Shown: positions 30,454-45,240, counted from the first letter of the stretch. The stretch is DNA of 64,000 bases from Eledone cirrhosa (GCA_964016885.1 OZ024740.1:82708001-82772000); one strand, 5' to 3'. Made by a program: numbers and translations. The notes: generated from the sequence alone by a model not told the origin.

Positions 30454-31849
30454 TTTACATATGAGCAATTTCTTAAACTAAACAACTAACGTTAATAACA
30501 AAATTCACCATAAAACTTTAAAGTAGCTAACAGTTTTAGAGAAATCTTAAATGAAAGAGAGAATTATTTTAGTATAATCCACATAATGATATTGACACTA
30601 TTAGATCGATTGAACAATACTAGTCATGTATCCAGTACAATGACAATTTTCCCTGGATAAATCTATATAAAAGAAAAGTTGGCACGAACGTCTTCATGTG
30701 CTACACACTATGAACATAAATCTACTGATGAACTATCATCATTTAGTAATAATAATGAACGTGCTAATCATTAATTCAAGTTTGCAGAAAACAATACATC
30801 TTAACACACTGAAACATAGTTGCTATTCACAAAACATATTGTCAACGCAAACTTTTTCTGCATTCACAGTTGCATATACAAATGCTTACGATAGCTTAGA
30901 TAACATCGGGTTAGCATCAAATCAGTTTAAATTGAGATATTATCAGCATCGTTATGTATTTAGAACTAAACGAAGACTAATCGACATTTTATTGGCGACA
31001 GTCTATTTCTTATTTGGAGAGAACAGGTAATATTAGATCGATAAAACGGATGATACCATTCAGACAGTTCAATATCTTTTATATAATCTAGCGTAACACA
31101 TTCTGGAATTAATATATTAATGCACACATGTGCAGAAATACGTTATTAGATGATATATAGATAGTTCAGCAACTGCATTCTGAAGGCAACTCATTTCCTT
31201 TTTTTATTTTTAAATATTATTTACCATTTTATTTGTAAGAATAGCGTAAATATTACGTCAGCTTAAACATTCTTCTCTTGGGAGGGAAGTATCTCTAATA
31301 TTTGCTTTCATCGATACAAAGAAAAGGTTGATTCACTTCCCTTTCCTCTAACAACGATCTAAGGGTAGACATACAAATTCTAATGCAAATATTCAAATAT
31401 AACTGCTAATGATATTTTTTTCTAACAGGCACTAATCAAGAAGGAAGGGGAGACTTTAGTTGATCTACTTGAAATCAATTTGCAAATGATACTACATTTT
31501 ATCGACATAAAAAGACTGAAAGGCAAAATAGAACTCGGTTTGATTTGAACGCAACGGTGTAAAGTTACAACATAGATACAACATTTTAACAACGAATATG
31601 TTAATCCAAATAACACTGTGACGTTTATAAGAATAGTAGTAATAATTATTTCTTTAGTGACGCCTAGAGCCTAAACATAAAGGAGGATCAAAAACAAAAT
31701 CAGCGACAGGAGCAATTTACAAATTTTAAAAACGTGAAAGCATATTAAAGTGTGTAGCAATTTACAATAAGATGCAACAAACAAAGTTCATCAATATGAG
31801 GGAGTAGCACCCTGGGGGTGATATAGGTACCGACACACATGCGAAACAA

Positions 31850-33120
31850 CCTTACTCGCCAAAAGAACTCGAGGCACGATCATTAAATTCACGCACCTTT
31901 TACCTAATGTACTGAAGGGCAAGACACACCCTTTTCATCTTCCTTTTAAAGTAGAAATTTAGAAAGTTGATGAGGACTTGGCAGTCATTCCTGTCACTTG
32001 CATCTCACAACCTTTTTCGCTACAGTCACTAGACAGAGGAAAACAGCCTGCAATTTTCAACCAAAAGAAGATGGTGGAGTGATCTTCAATATAGTGTCGA
32101 CCAAGAGCCGTATCCATACTACTCACGACAATAGGTGTTCGACAAAATGTCAGAAATCAGGAAGACTCGGACATATAAAATATGTTGCCCGATCCAGAAG
32201 AATCTGTGACCATCTTATAAGATTTCAGATACCATGCGTCTATTCTCGGTGGTCGCTTGCCCCATGTCTTCACCTCAATTAAAGAGACGAGTTGCGGAGA
32301 GACGTGCATTACAAACTTGACAACACACGGCACGACAGTTAAGGGGTAATAGTCGATGGAAGCGATGTGCGCGTTCGTCAAAACCGCTGGAGATTTCGGG
32401 GATAGCATCCTAACTGGTTGCTCCTAAGTGAACCGAGCTGCTTCCTACCTCATCCTGGTTGTTAATCAGGCCCTTACCTACATGAACGGTTCAGCCGTCC
32501 AGCCTCCGACGATTCAGTTGAACTGTAGGGATTTAGCTCCCCAGGTGCTGCATTACAATGATTCTGACTTATACGGGTTGATTTTGTTAATATTAATGTT
32601 TTATATGTAGTGGCCGACCAACAAGATTTCCGAAGATTTCAACATGAGAAAGATGACATCGTCCACATTTGTCTACAACCTTTTTTCATATCCCTGTTCG
32701 AGCGAGATGCTGTGCAACAGCTCCTGTTTTTGTAGTGATGCTTCGAGAGCCCTCACGCACAGAGGGAAGGGGAGAGTACATAATTGATGGACCGAGCGTG
32801 TGACCTTAAACAGCTTCTATAGCTGGCCATATTATCTGCTTGCCGGGTAAATACTGCTATGCTTTTCAGTGATCAAACCTCTGAAGTTAGCACAGAGACT
32901 GGGCGTCTTGACGATAGCAAGATGGTTCCTCTATTGAAAGCTTTCGATTGATGTAAATTGATCAGAGTCTTAGCTAAGACAGGATTACTCCCTATCCTCT
33001 TCATGATGTACTGCATGAATTCAAATTAGTCGTCTATATACCTAGTCGAGATAACCCACGCTTGAATTTTACCTAGCAGAGATTTGACGACAAGCACAAG
33101 TCTTGTTCCTAACAACTTTG
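31850..33120 (+). mobile_element. Highly decayed retroelement fragment
   Basis: GC-richer island with KCQKSGRLGHIKYVARS (CCHC-knuckle-like), LSTTFFHIPV (RT-like) and FCSDAS (RNase H-like). Confidence 0.4.
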
Positions 33121-33579
33121 AAGCAGTGTTGGCATTGTTATAATTGTCAATTTTTCCCAAAAGGGTGCTTAGTTTATTGTTGATTTATGATCTAATGGTT
33201 ACAGTTGCTGTTCAATTGTGTTTTGTGTGCTGTTTGTGTCACATATTTTTGTTGGTGATATATGCCGTCCATATATGCCGATGCTCCCCTTCCAGATCCA
33301 GATTCGTTCAGCATGCTCTGCGACAAATTTAGCTCCCACAGTAAATGTTCGAGCGTCAATACATACAGAAGAGAAGAGAGAGGACATATCGGATGTACTG
33401 ACAGAGAGATCTGAAACGGTTCCGATAGTTGGACAATCCGTCACCTATAACGAGTGCGTATCTACTGTCATGGCATTGTTCTATTATTTACTGCAGTTGA
33501 TAGAAAAGTACATGTTCTAGTAAGGGTTAATTTTCTTCGTGTAAATGTATGGGTGTATGCATATATTTTGTAAGTATGG

Positions 33580-33855
33580 ATCCGACAACAAACTGGAGTC
33601 AGCGACATAACAACCATCAAGTGCAACAAACACAGATGGGTTGGTCATATCTCGTGACTCAGTGATAAACGATGGACCATCTTAGTGAGAGATTCGCACC
33701 AAAATTATGGACAAGATCAGAAGGACGTCAAAGTACAAGATGGCGAGACTACCTCACCAATCACCTGTGACCCTCATCGCCAATACTGGAAAGGGAAAGG
33801 AGTACAGGGAGATTTCCTCCTCCGTGAGTAACTTCTAGACCCTGAATGAAGGATC
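33580..33855 (+). mobile_element. RTE-clade LINE 3' end
   Basis: QTGVSDITTIKCNKHRWVGHIS*LSDKRWT...GRQSTRWRD; ends near tgaatgaa before (TA)n. Confidence 0.8.
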
Positions 33856-33859
33856 AAGG

Positions 33860-33895
<36 letters not shown>

Positions 33896-34319
33896 ACCTA
33901 TATATATATACGAACCTATTTCAGTTTCAATGGGTCATATTATTTCCACGTTCTCTCACATATTGATTTCATCCTAAATACTTATGTAATATTTATTTGT
34001 TTCTTTTTGAATATGATTTTAACTGCAAGGAGAATGTTAATCGTATTAGTCACAAATTATTTGAAATAAAATATATTGACTCAGAGCCAATGTCGAAAAC
34101 AGCAGTGGCAACATAATGAAGTAGTGTAAAAGGCTGGATAAAGCATTAAATCCTGTTATCAACATATGTCAGTGTCATGAAAAGTTAATGAATTTAATAA
34201 GCTTGCAAATGGTAGCACAAAATATCAAAATGCTGAAATAGCACTACGTGCGCCTACAGGCGCACAAACACACATACACACACATACACGCAAGCACACA
34301 CGTACATACTCACATGCAA

Positions 34320-35240
34320 GGAATTTAGTGTAGAGGGTGATTTCCAGGTATCCCATGACTAGGTTGGCATAAGTGGGGGCTGTTTTCGTTCCCATAGCGG
34401 TCCCAGATTTCTGCCTGTAGGGTTTGTTATTGAAAACGAAATAATTGTTCTCCAAGATAAATTTGAGTCCCTCTATCACGAATTCTTTTTTGATGCGTTG
34501 TGGGAGTTCATTGTGGAAATTATCCAGCCAGAATTGGATAGCTTCTATTCCTAGGTTGTGGGGGATGTTGGAGTATAGGTTGACTACATCGAACGTCACT
34601 AGTAGGGTTTGTTCAGGAAGTGGCATATTAGGGAGGTGATTGAGCATATCTAGGTCGTCCCTTATATAGCTTTTGATGTGCTTGAGGAAGGGTTTGAGAG
34701 GGGTATCAATGAAGTTGCTAAGACGGTGCGTTTCGCAAGCGGGGCCTGCTATTATAGGTCTTAATTTGAGATCATTGGGTGAGGGGACATTGATGACTAT
34801 GTCGGTGGCTTCCTTGCATGCCTTACTTATTGATTCGCTTTTATATACTTTAGGGATACCGTAAAAAAGGATGGATTTACTTGCGACGTCTGTGATGAAG
34901 CTGAATTCCTTGTTAGTGAGTCCTTCTTTGTATTGGTTGATTAGAGTTTTTAGGTTTCTCATAATTTTCTGTTGATTGTAGTGTTCAGCCTTTTCGTAGT
35001 ATATTTCGTTTTCCAAAGTGGAGAGCGCTAAGTTGATATAGAATTCTGTCTCCATTAGGACTACTGTACTCCCTTTATCAGCCTCTTTAATTGTAATGGT
35101 TCTGTCGGTTTTTAATCTATTTAATTCTTCCCATTCTTTCTTGTTGAGGGTTGGCTTGTGTTTTTGTCTGTGCAAGTGTTGGTAAGGGAAGTTTGGTGAT
35201 GTGTTCACAGAATTCGTCCAGGATTTTATTTCTACCTTTT
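34320..35240 (-). pseudogene. Penelope-like reverse transcriptase fragment, open frame, truncated before YxDD
   Basis: IKEADKGSTVVLM, FYGIPKVYK, LRPIIAGPAC, TFDVVNLYSNIP, NNYFVFN..YRQKSGTAMGT..APTYANL. Confidence 0.92.
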
Positions 35241-35261
35241 GAAGGGGTATACATATCTATA

Positions 35262-35299
<38 letters not shown>

Positions 35300-36543
35300 G
35301 GGGGGGGGGGGGGGGGGGGCGTGTGTGTGCGTGTGTGTGCGTGTGTGCCTGTATGCTTGAAGCAAAATAAACGAAACCCATAGATTTTTCCGATATGATA
35401 TTTAGAGATGCGAACGCCTTTGAATAAGTACAAACACTTTCAAGAGAATTGGCAAAGCTATATTGTATATTACAACATTATATATCGACAAAGTCGATGT
35501 TCTCAAAAATCGAAACATAGGTTATGAGAAAAAACGCCCAAGAGTATGAACGGTAATCAATCTTAGTAAAAAGAGTTGACCGAACATAATTGTTTCTTGT
35601 TAACAAATTGTTACTTCTCTTGAACGGCTGTCCTACAGAAACATCGTTGCGCCAAATTTAAAATCGATTATCTCCAAACTTAAAAACAATGCATTGACGA
35701 TATCACTCCATATACGCATCATATTGAGTTACGAGAACTGTGGGTCAGACATTGCAGATTGTTTTCCTCTGCAGTACCGTGGTGGTATTCCATAGGGTTT
35801 CGATAACGAGGTATAGGTGAAAAACAGATCACAGTGATCACACGTAGAACGGCTTTTACGAAAGCAATATTAGTTTAAGAAGAGTATTGTAGGTTTTATA
35901 CGAAGTGGTTATTATTGAATGCTTTAATCATATGTTCACTATTGGAATCGAAAGTGATAGATGAGGTTTTAGCTCCGATATACTAAATACCATTGACCGG
36001 AAGGAGAAATAATATAGCGTGTTTCGAATGATTAAGTTAGATCCATGTAGAGATATGCGAATTTTGATGAGAAAATATATCTCACGGGGGCATTGTTGAA
36101 GGTTATACGGAGGATAATGTCAGTGTAAGTGGCCATGTTGGTATAAAATCATTAGAGTTCGTCATATAAAGGTATTAATGATTTAGTGGAGAGGAAGATT
36201 TTATGACCAAATATCAATAGCGTTTATAATGCTGGTTTCGAGGAAAAGACGGAAATTCTACAAGCAAAACTATTTTCTTCATGTGGTACGTCGAGAGTTT
36301 TTCTGAAATTATAAGGAGGTAAAGAAAAATATAAAGTTCCGGAGTCAAAGACTTTTTTTTGCCTAATTTGGGTTGGAAGAGTTAAAATTGTACACGTAGA
36401 ACAGTCATTTTCTAAAAGCGTTCTACATTACTACTCTACCGTTAACTGAATAGAAGTGGTTATATATGTTTGTAACATTATTGGAATCAGTGATTTTATT
36501 ATTGTCAGTGTTTTCTACGGCCGGCAATTTTATGGGGAGGGAT

Positions 36544-36614
<71 letters not shown>

Positions 36615-37129
36615 ATACTTAAATAGAAAACATGAGTGGAACAGCAACATTACAACTTACAATTAAGGACAAAATGAAAACACACACGCACATAGAACAA
36701 ACAACCAAACAGTAACATGTAAATAAACAAATATATAAACGAATATACACACACACACAGATACCCGTATGTAACACACCGCAAACTAAGCACACACCAC
36801 ACACACACAAAGGCAAGATAGCGTAGGACAGAACAAAGGAGAGGCACAAAAAAACAAAGAAAATAATCCTTTATCTGAAAACGTGTGTTGAAACCGATAT
36901 TGTTACACTTTGGGAGGGTCATGTTGCCAATAAGAAACACACGCACCAGTTACTTTCACTTCAATTTAGAAGGACCCTAGATAAAAATAAGCTCAATATT
37001 AATATAGTAGAAAGACCAGGTACCTCCATAAAAACACTTATTAGCAAGACATACCCTTTTCAAAGACTTCCCTGTATAGATAAGTAATGTATAATCTGTA
37101 AATTAAGCCCCCATAATAACAGTAAATCT

Positions 37130-37456
37130 AGAAATGTAGTATATAACATAAGATGTAATGAAGGACAATGTAGAGATAAAAATATAGTGTACATAGATGA
37201 GACAGCACGTAGTATAGAGGAACGGATAAATGAACACTGGCGAGACCTTCAAAATAGTAAAGAATCATCTGTACTCTACCAACATGTTAAAATAGAACAT
37301 CAGGGTAAATTAGAGAACATAGAAATAAAAATAGAATCTACATACAGAAAAGACGCAATGTTTAGACAAATCACAGAAGCAATAAACATAAATGAATTAC
37401 AACCAAAATTAAATAGAAAACATGAGTGGAACAGCAACATTACAACTTACAATTAA
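37130..37456 (+). pseudogene. GIY-YIG endonuclease C-terminal fragment
   Basis: RNVVYNIRC..C....VYIDETARSIEERINEH...SVLYQH...RQITEAINI..LQPKLNRKHEW. Confidence 0.88.
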
Positions 37457-37662
37457 GGACAAAATGAAAACACACACGCACATAGAACAAACAATCAACC
37501 AGTAACATGTAACTAAACAAATAAATAAACGAATATAAACACACAGCGACACCCGGATGTAACACATGCGCAAACTAAGCACACAACACACACACACACA
37601 CAAAAAAACAAGATGGCGTAGGACAGAACGAAGGAGAGGCACAAACAAACAAAGAATCCCTA

Positions 37663-37705
37663 GTCACTGAAGGGGTCACAGAATCTGTGACGAAAGAACT
37701 TTGAC
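37663..37705 (+). ncRNA. Hammerhead-like motif in the PLE 3' UTR
   Basis: gtca-CTGAAGG-g-gtcacag(aat)ctgtgac-GAAA-gaac-TT-tgac; the core deviates from consensus. Confidence 0.55.
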
Positions 37706-37910
37706 AATATATAAACAACCATCTGGTTGTGGAACCAACCAACCAACCGGAAATTTATAAATTCCTAAATTTATAAATTTATAATAAATTGAAGTGAAAG
37801 TAACTGGTGTGTGTGTTTCCTATTGGCAACATGACCCTCCCAAAGTGTAACAATATCGGTTTCAACACACGTTTTCAGATAAAGAATCTTGCTAAACAAA
37901 TTCTGAAACG

Positions 37911-37976
<66 letters not shown>

Positions 37977-38403
37977 CATTTTGTTTGTGTATATGTATGT
38001 ATCTGTGTTTGTATGAATATGTATATGCTCTTCATATCATCATAGTGCAACCTTCCTCAATGGGTCATGCCATTATTTTTCTAAAGCATACAACAAAAGT
38101 AATAAGAAATGTCACGTTGAATACAAGTTGTATTAAATTGTACACACACAAATGCATCCACATACACATACATACACACGTGTTTATATGGTGTAACGTA
38201 CAATTATTCTAGTAGTAGGAAGCCAATAATTGCAGAAATTGATTCCGTTAAGTATGGTAAAATGAGAAAAGCTAAAACAAAAAAATATTTACTTAGCAAT
38301 AGTTTCTTTATATTCTTTTTATCAAACGGAATTAGTTTACGAAATTGCACTGCTTAAAGTTGTAATTAACCTAAATACATAATGTGTCGCTAGGGCGGTT
38401 GGC

Positions 38404-38460
38404 GTTCCCTGTTGATCATAATTATTGCTATAAAATTTTTCGAACCAAGTACAAATCATG

Positions 38461-38516
<56 letters not shown>

Positions 38517-38578
38517 TTATTGTTTTATTGTTTTATACAATTCTTGTATAAAGCAATAAAAGAATATATATATATATT

Positions 38579-38620
<42 letters not shown>

Positions 38621-38705
38621 TATAACATATATATATATATATAACATTCATGATTTATACTTGGTTCGAAATATTTTAGAGCAATAATTATGATCAACAG
38701 GGAAC
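38404..38705. repeat. ~60-bp imperfect inverted repeats enclosing (TA)n
   Basis: gttccctgttgatcataattattgc..tcgaaccaagta..aatcatgaat is mirrored at 38643-38705. Confidence 0.85.
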
Positions 38706-38764
38706 GGTGTGCGTGTGTGTGTGTGTGTGTGTATGTATATGTGTGTATATATGTGTATGTACAC

Positions 38765-38798
<34 letters not shown>

Positions 38799-39315
38799 AT
38801 GTATGTGTGTATCTGGATATATGTGTATGTATATATATGCGTGTGTGTGTATATATATATGTGTGTGTATGTGCATATATGTATGGGTGTATGTATGTGT
38901 GTGTGTATGTGTATGTGTGTATATGTATATATATATATATATATATGTGTATGTATATGTATATGTATGTATGTGTGGATGAAGGTATGTGTGTATATAT
39001 AGGTGTAAGTGCACTAAATCCCTTCTATCAATCTCCCCTGTCCTACCGACCACAGGAAGATATATGTATGTATGTATATTGCTTCCACCCCCTCACTGAC
39101 CAGCAGCTGGCCATCTGGCCATTGCTAAATCTGACCTTTATAAAATAACCCACACCCCCAAATAACTTCTCATTCACTACCAGAAAGGCACACAGCAGTC
39201 AACTAGCTGTTACCAAGATGAAAACTACTATGAAATCCCACAATGAATTTTATACTTGAATTTTCAAATCTCAAATTTTAACTATTCTTATTATTAATTT
39301 TTCTTAATATTAATC

Positions 39316-39363
39316 AACATTTGAAAAGATGGCTTTTGCAGACCCATCGAAACCGGTCATTTT
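39316..39363 (+). ncRNA. Decayed minimal hammerhead
   Basis: aacat-TTGAAAA-gatgg(cttttgcagac)ccatc-GAAA-ccgg-TC-attt; palindromic stem III; about 140 bp upstream of (TA)n. Confidence 0.55.
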
Positions 39364-39501
39364 TTATACCCTTTATTATTTCCTTACCTTATAAAATTAT
39401 ATGTTTTTTCACAAAAAAGTATTCTGTCTCTTATATATTCCATGTGCCATTACCAACCTCAATTTTCTCTATAACCTTCGTTTTGTGTAGTAAATTACAC
39501 T

Positions 39502-39708
<207 letters not shown>

Positions 39709-41449
39709 TTATTGTTTTATTGTTTTATATAAGATTTGTATCAGAACGAAATTAAGATACTCATGTTTGATAGTGTTTATCTATTTCTTTCGGTACATTC
39801 TTATTTTCATTAAATTGCTATACTCAAAACCTTTATTATTTTAATATGTACCTGTATTAATGTAATCGTCTCTATTCAATCGAAGCACTAGATTCAGTAT
39901 ACCATAATTGAGTCAATCGATTGGAACTATAGATATTTAGTTCTTAATCTAATTCCTGATTATTTTTATGGAAAGCATTTTTATCATGACGAAAGTGATG
40001 TAGTTTTACTCATTTTATACTCTGAAATCAATATTAAAAGACATCATTAACTTAATACCACAGTGGTAGCAGTAGATACTTTTACATGGTTCCTACACTT
40101 TAAATCATATTTGGAAGTACTTGATGAAGTTAATACTGCTGCGAAAACTTTTGAAAATGCAAATTCTAAAAATCTTCATATCGTTTCAATCTTTGAATAG
40201 TAAAGAGAAACGAAATCAATTATAGTACAATTGACCCACAAAGTAGGTGAAATATCAGTTTCGGAACGGATATTAGTATTTTATAAGTACCTAAGATGAG
40301 GTACATTTGAAAGAATGATATTGGTGCCCCCCCCCCCCCCCCCAAAAAAAAAAAATGAAATTAAACGAAGACTACGTAGAAGCTTACCAGTGTACCATGT
40401 AGACTTATGTGCAAATTGTCTATGCTTTATAAGTCACAATAATCTCAATCATAAATACATATTCACATGCATCCATTTATACATATATGCATGGGCACTC
40501 TCCATCTTAAACTCACACATGGCGGATTGATCAAACTATTTCCAATATCTGAACTGCGAACCTCTAAATACCCGAACGAGTATTACCATTAAGAAGAGTG
40601 TCCCAAAATGGACAGAAATAAGGCGAAATAGGGTGATATTACATAATGAAAGCTATACCCATGTTCACAAGAGAAGACATCTCTCACCCACCCAAAGTGG
40701 TTGGTAGAGCTCCCCGTCCAACAGGGGTTGACAGGTTTACACTATCTTTTACTTTTCTCCCTCTGACTTTCTAACAATATTTCTCCTCATGATATCCTCT
40801 TAGAATGCAGATTTATAACAATCACACAGGAGGTTTACCATATAACACTGGACCACATGTTATTTGTAAAATTCCATAAATATGCTGAACAATGACAATC
40901 CTCGAAAGTCATTGAATTGCGACTCTAGAAAATAAAAGCTATGTATGCGTATATGCATGTATGTGATGTATAGAAAATAAATTATGCTCAGCTTAACTCG
41001 TGCAATTGTAAAGAAGTATCGATGCAGCTAGTTGATAATCAAGGAAATAGAGTGAAATTATTAATATAAATGGAAGGATGAGCATCCTTATTGCTGACAA
41101 TCTCTTTACACTGCTTCGTTGTTCATTCTCATGGGAGTATCCCCGATTCTGAGGGGAATGAGATTTGTCTCTGAATAAGGTTTACTGGAATTGGTTGTTT
41201 AAATGCAGGGATTTTCATGTATTTTGCTGTGAGATTGCTTGCATTTCGAGTAGACTTCTGGATTATCTCTTCAACTCCAAACTTCTACTTCAGTGATTCG
41301 CCGTAAAAGTGTTTAACACTAGATGAATTGTATGTACTTCAGTCGCAAGATGATTATAGATATATCACTGTTTTATCGATTGAGTTTATTTCCATTATCT
41401 ATAATTGTATTAATGTTTGTAGATTTCAGAAATAATTCTCTTATTTTTT

Positions 41450-43330
41450 AAATTTTGCACTTCAGATAAGTAAAGCAAAGCGTTTACTGTCGTCATAATA
41501 CAAAAGTGTGTGGCATGACCAGAGCACTCTGATGCACGGAACTGTGACACAGAGCCACGTATTGAAACGCAAATGCTGCTACGTTTTTGTGATCTGATTA
41601 ACGATTGAACATATCTTGGTACCGATATATATCCCAAAACGACTGGTTATGATCTGTGCATGTGAAAACAAATTATCCATGTAGAAACGAAAGTATTCCG
41701 TACATCTAGCGCAGTTTTGAACCGTGTGAGCTAGATTATAAATTAGTACCATCTACAGTAACACAATTCAGTGGATTTGCGGTATCGGTAGAGCGTCGGA
41801 AAATATGCTTTCCGATATATTATTACTTTTACGTTCAGAGTCCAGATCCTCTCGATAAAAACAAAGTACGAGTACAGGCATCAATTTAACTGACTTTCCT
41901 CTTCACTTCAAATTACTTGGTGCGCTAAACAGCACATGCGGTTACAACCATACACCAACACGTAATCCAATGCTACCACATATGTTCCAGGTGATGTGGA
42001 AGGGATTTGGAGCGTCGTAAAATCTGTCGCCAGTTTATCTTCGGCTTACGCTATGTCCCTTACTCCCTTGTTTTAGAATTAACACAATTTGCTGAAAATA
42101 CATGCTACATGTATTTTGACAGCTAATTTGAACATTCAGAGAAAGGTGGGTGTTGTTAAACACTAATTCAGATTATTTGAATATTATCATAAGTAATTTC
42201 TGCGACATAATTTTGTGAAGAGAAAGTGAAAGTTTGAAATATCTTAACTAGTTGCCTTTCATAAGTTTCACACCGGTAGTTAGTTTAAGAAAATAGGAGG
42301 TCCACCTTGAAGTACATTTCTGTAGTCATGTGAGATTTACTGTGTATTTTCCCCTTGATGATTAGTTTCGAAAGCTATGCTTGAAAACATGAACGACAAT
42401 GTTTCTAACAGTAGTCAGGTAGATATCCGTCGTTGACCAAAAACATTTTCTCAGATGTGTAGTAGGATCTTGTATTTTATGAGTCGTGAACACTGCCGTT
42501 TACAGCTGAATTTGATGGATAGATGACAGCAGTTATGTATAATAAATGATTGTGTATATGTATATGTACATGTAAATATATGTTTATAGGCAAGTAAATG
42601 TGTCTGCTACTTGATATAATTAAATTTTCCGGTGAGAATGTATTATTGAAGAAGTTGAATAAATCTATGTCATTAACAAATTTCAACTGGCTGAAACGAA
42701 GCCAAAGCCCGAATAGGTGTGTGTAACCCTTACTCAAAATAGGTTTGGTGTGTAGATGCGTATAAGAAATGTAAAGCTGGATACAATAACATCCCGCATA
42801 GACATTTGCATATTAGTTGCTGTGTGGCACGGTTTATTAATATTGATATGTGGATATATGATTGTCACAGAGGCAATCATAAAGGTTCAAGAGTTCAAGT
42901 TAAAGTTCAAAACAACTTTAAAATAGTAAATAGAAAATTGGCTTAGCTCCAAGCTGTAGAATCAAGCGCCAATATGGTGGTGATATTGTGACCTGCACTT
43001 ATTGTTAGGAAAAAAAATTGCATATTACCGCCGAGCAACTTTTAGAAGCTGTTGAACATAGTAGACCTTATATATATATAAGTAGAATTACATCTTTAAT
43101 TTTGTAATTTCTCATATATCTTGCTGCGGCTTTGATGGTGATTGCTATGTTACATCTGTAATGTTTTGCCAGATAACCTCAAATGGAAGAGAAGATTCTA
43201 TGATCATTGTCATTTACATAGATGTGACTTTTACAAGCATTACTGCCTGAGTAAAACACGGCACGATATTTAAAAGTCGCATAGTACACTGACAAACGCA
43301 CAAATGGAGAAAAAACGTGGCATGTCATAT
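41450..43330 (-). pseudogene. Possible decayed ionotropic glutamate receptor-like remnant
   Basis: ORF 42477-42737 reads FGLWLRFSQL..P..SSR..ITAVIYPSNSA (M2/M3-like); CNIAITI..AR upstream (~43120) and AFAFQ.GS downstream (~41560). Confidence 0.3.
41770..41920 (+). mobile_element. Diverged SINE related to family A
   Basis: gtggatttgcggtatcggtagagcgtcgg..ttacgttcagagtccagatcc..tcgataaaa. Confidence 0.65.
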
Positions 43331-43489
43331 TTTCTATGTTCCACTAACCTAAGTACCTCACTAAACAATTCTCCCACTCAGAAATGAGTTATCAGGGTTT
43401 AAAATGAATCAATATGTGTGGTTAGATTTTGCTACCTCAATCATAGAACTTGGGTTATATTAAGGTATAACATTCGAAATGCATGCATA

Positions 43490-44289
<800 letters not shown>

Positions 44290-44468
44290 TTCAAGAGTAA
44301 CCAATCTTAAAGAGAGGGATGGCGATAGGAGAAGAGATAGGAGAGGAGAAGAGAGATTCGTGAATTAGTTAGAAGCCAAAGCCTAAAGGCATGTACTCAC
44401 TGTGCAATATGCAGTGGAAAGCAGCTAGTGGCTGGCTCCATGCAGAGGTTAGGTGCACAGAGCTGCAA

Positions 44469-44944
44469 ATATTCATTAGTTAAGCAAAACAAGACCGCAC
44501 ATTTCACAAGGAAGCCATTATTAAAAGATTGTCAACATAGTTTTAGTTTATTACCCATAGGCAGATCTCACACAATGCAGCCTCGACAGAAGAATACTGC
44601 TCGACTATGGCAGACAATAGATATACCCAGGACACCAATGCATGGAACATTATATTCATGTAACATTCTTTCCTTATATTAATTTATATTTCTTTTGAAG
44701 TTCCGATGAGCTGGTCTAATTGTACCTAAGTTAATTATGTTCAACTAAACTAGATCAATAATGATTTATAATCATTTGATCCAGAATCATTATATGGAGT
44801 AGCGAAACAATTGTAAACTTACATTATTATTATTAATATTATTATTATTATTCTCTACATTCCTTACATCAAACTAAAACTATGTTGACAATATCTTAAT
44901 AATGTCTTCCTTGTGAAATGTGTGGTCCTGTTTTGCTTAACTAA

Positions 44945-44951
<7 letters not shown>
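44469..44951 (+). mobile_element. PLE-like 3' end with an ~80-bp inverted terminal copy
   Basis: 44469-44549 is the reverse complement of 44871-44951; internal HHR; ends at (TA)n. Confidence 0.7.
44698..44820 (+). ncRNA. Type I hammerhead with CCGATGA core and ~90-nt stem II insertion
   Basis: aagtt-CCGATGA-gct..(long)..agc-GAAA-caattg-TA-aactt. Confidence 0.68.
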
Positions 44952-45011
<60 letters not shown>

Positions 45012-45015
<4 letters not shown>

Positions 45016-45240
45016 ACACTCGTGTGTATGATTGTCTATAGAAGATTATATTAATAAGAGGAATTCCAACTTTGTCTGATTTACTCGTTTTATTTACAAT
45101 CCTTTAAAATTTATAATGGTATTATAATGAAATAGTATGATAGAATATTAAATTCTAAAGGTGAATTGAACAAGTACTTTCATCCTTTCGCAATCTTCAG
45201 GTTCATAATATGTGGTGACAGTCAAGTTTGCAATTTTCAA
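45012..45240 (-). mobile_element. PLE-like 3' end, single arm of the family that forms the 62278-62730 palindrome
   Basis: Matches 62281-62500; microsatellite flanks. Confidence 0.75.
45167..45205 (-). ncRNA. Minimal hammerhead with stem II reduced to 4 nt
   Basis: Minus strand: tgaac-CTGAAGA-ttgc-GAAA-ggatgaaagtac-TT-gttca. Confidence 0.65.

Larger units (their letters stand above)
36610..37910 (+). mobile_element. Penelope-like element: GIY-YIG end with a direct partial duplicate and an inverted pseudo-LTR
   Basis: 36619-36850 repeats 37409-37648; 36869-36968 is the reverse complement of 37785-37883; (TA)n on both sides. Confidence 0.88.

Noticed and set aside
31410-31550. Polypyrimidine tract plus AG followed by a short open frame (possible exon)
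   Set aside because: No recognisable protein motif, partner exon or clear donor site.
35360-36540. Possible second decayed RT (QYRGGIPIG, VIDEVL) on the plus strand
   Set aside because: The motifs are too degenerate to support a call without an alignment.
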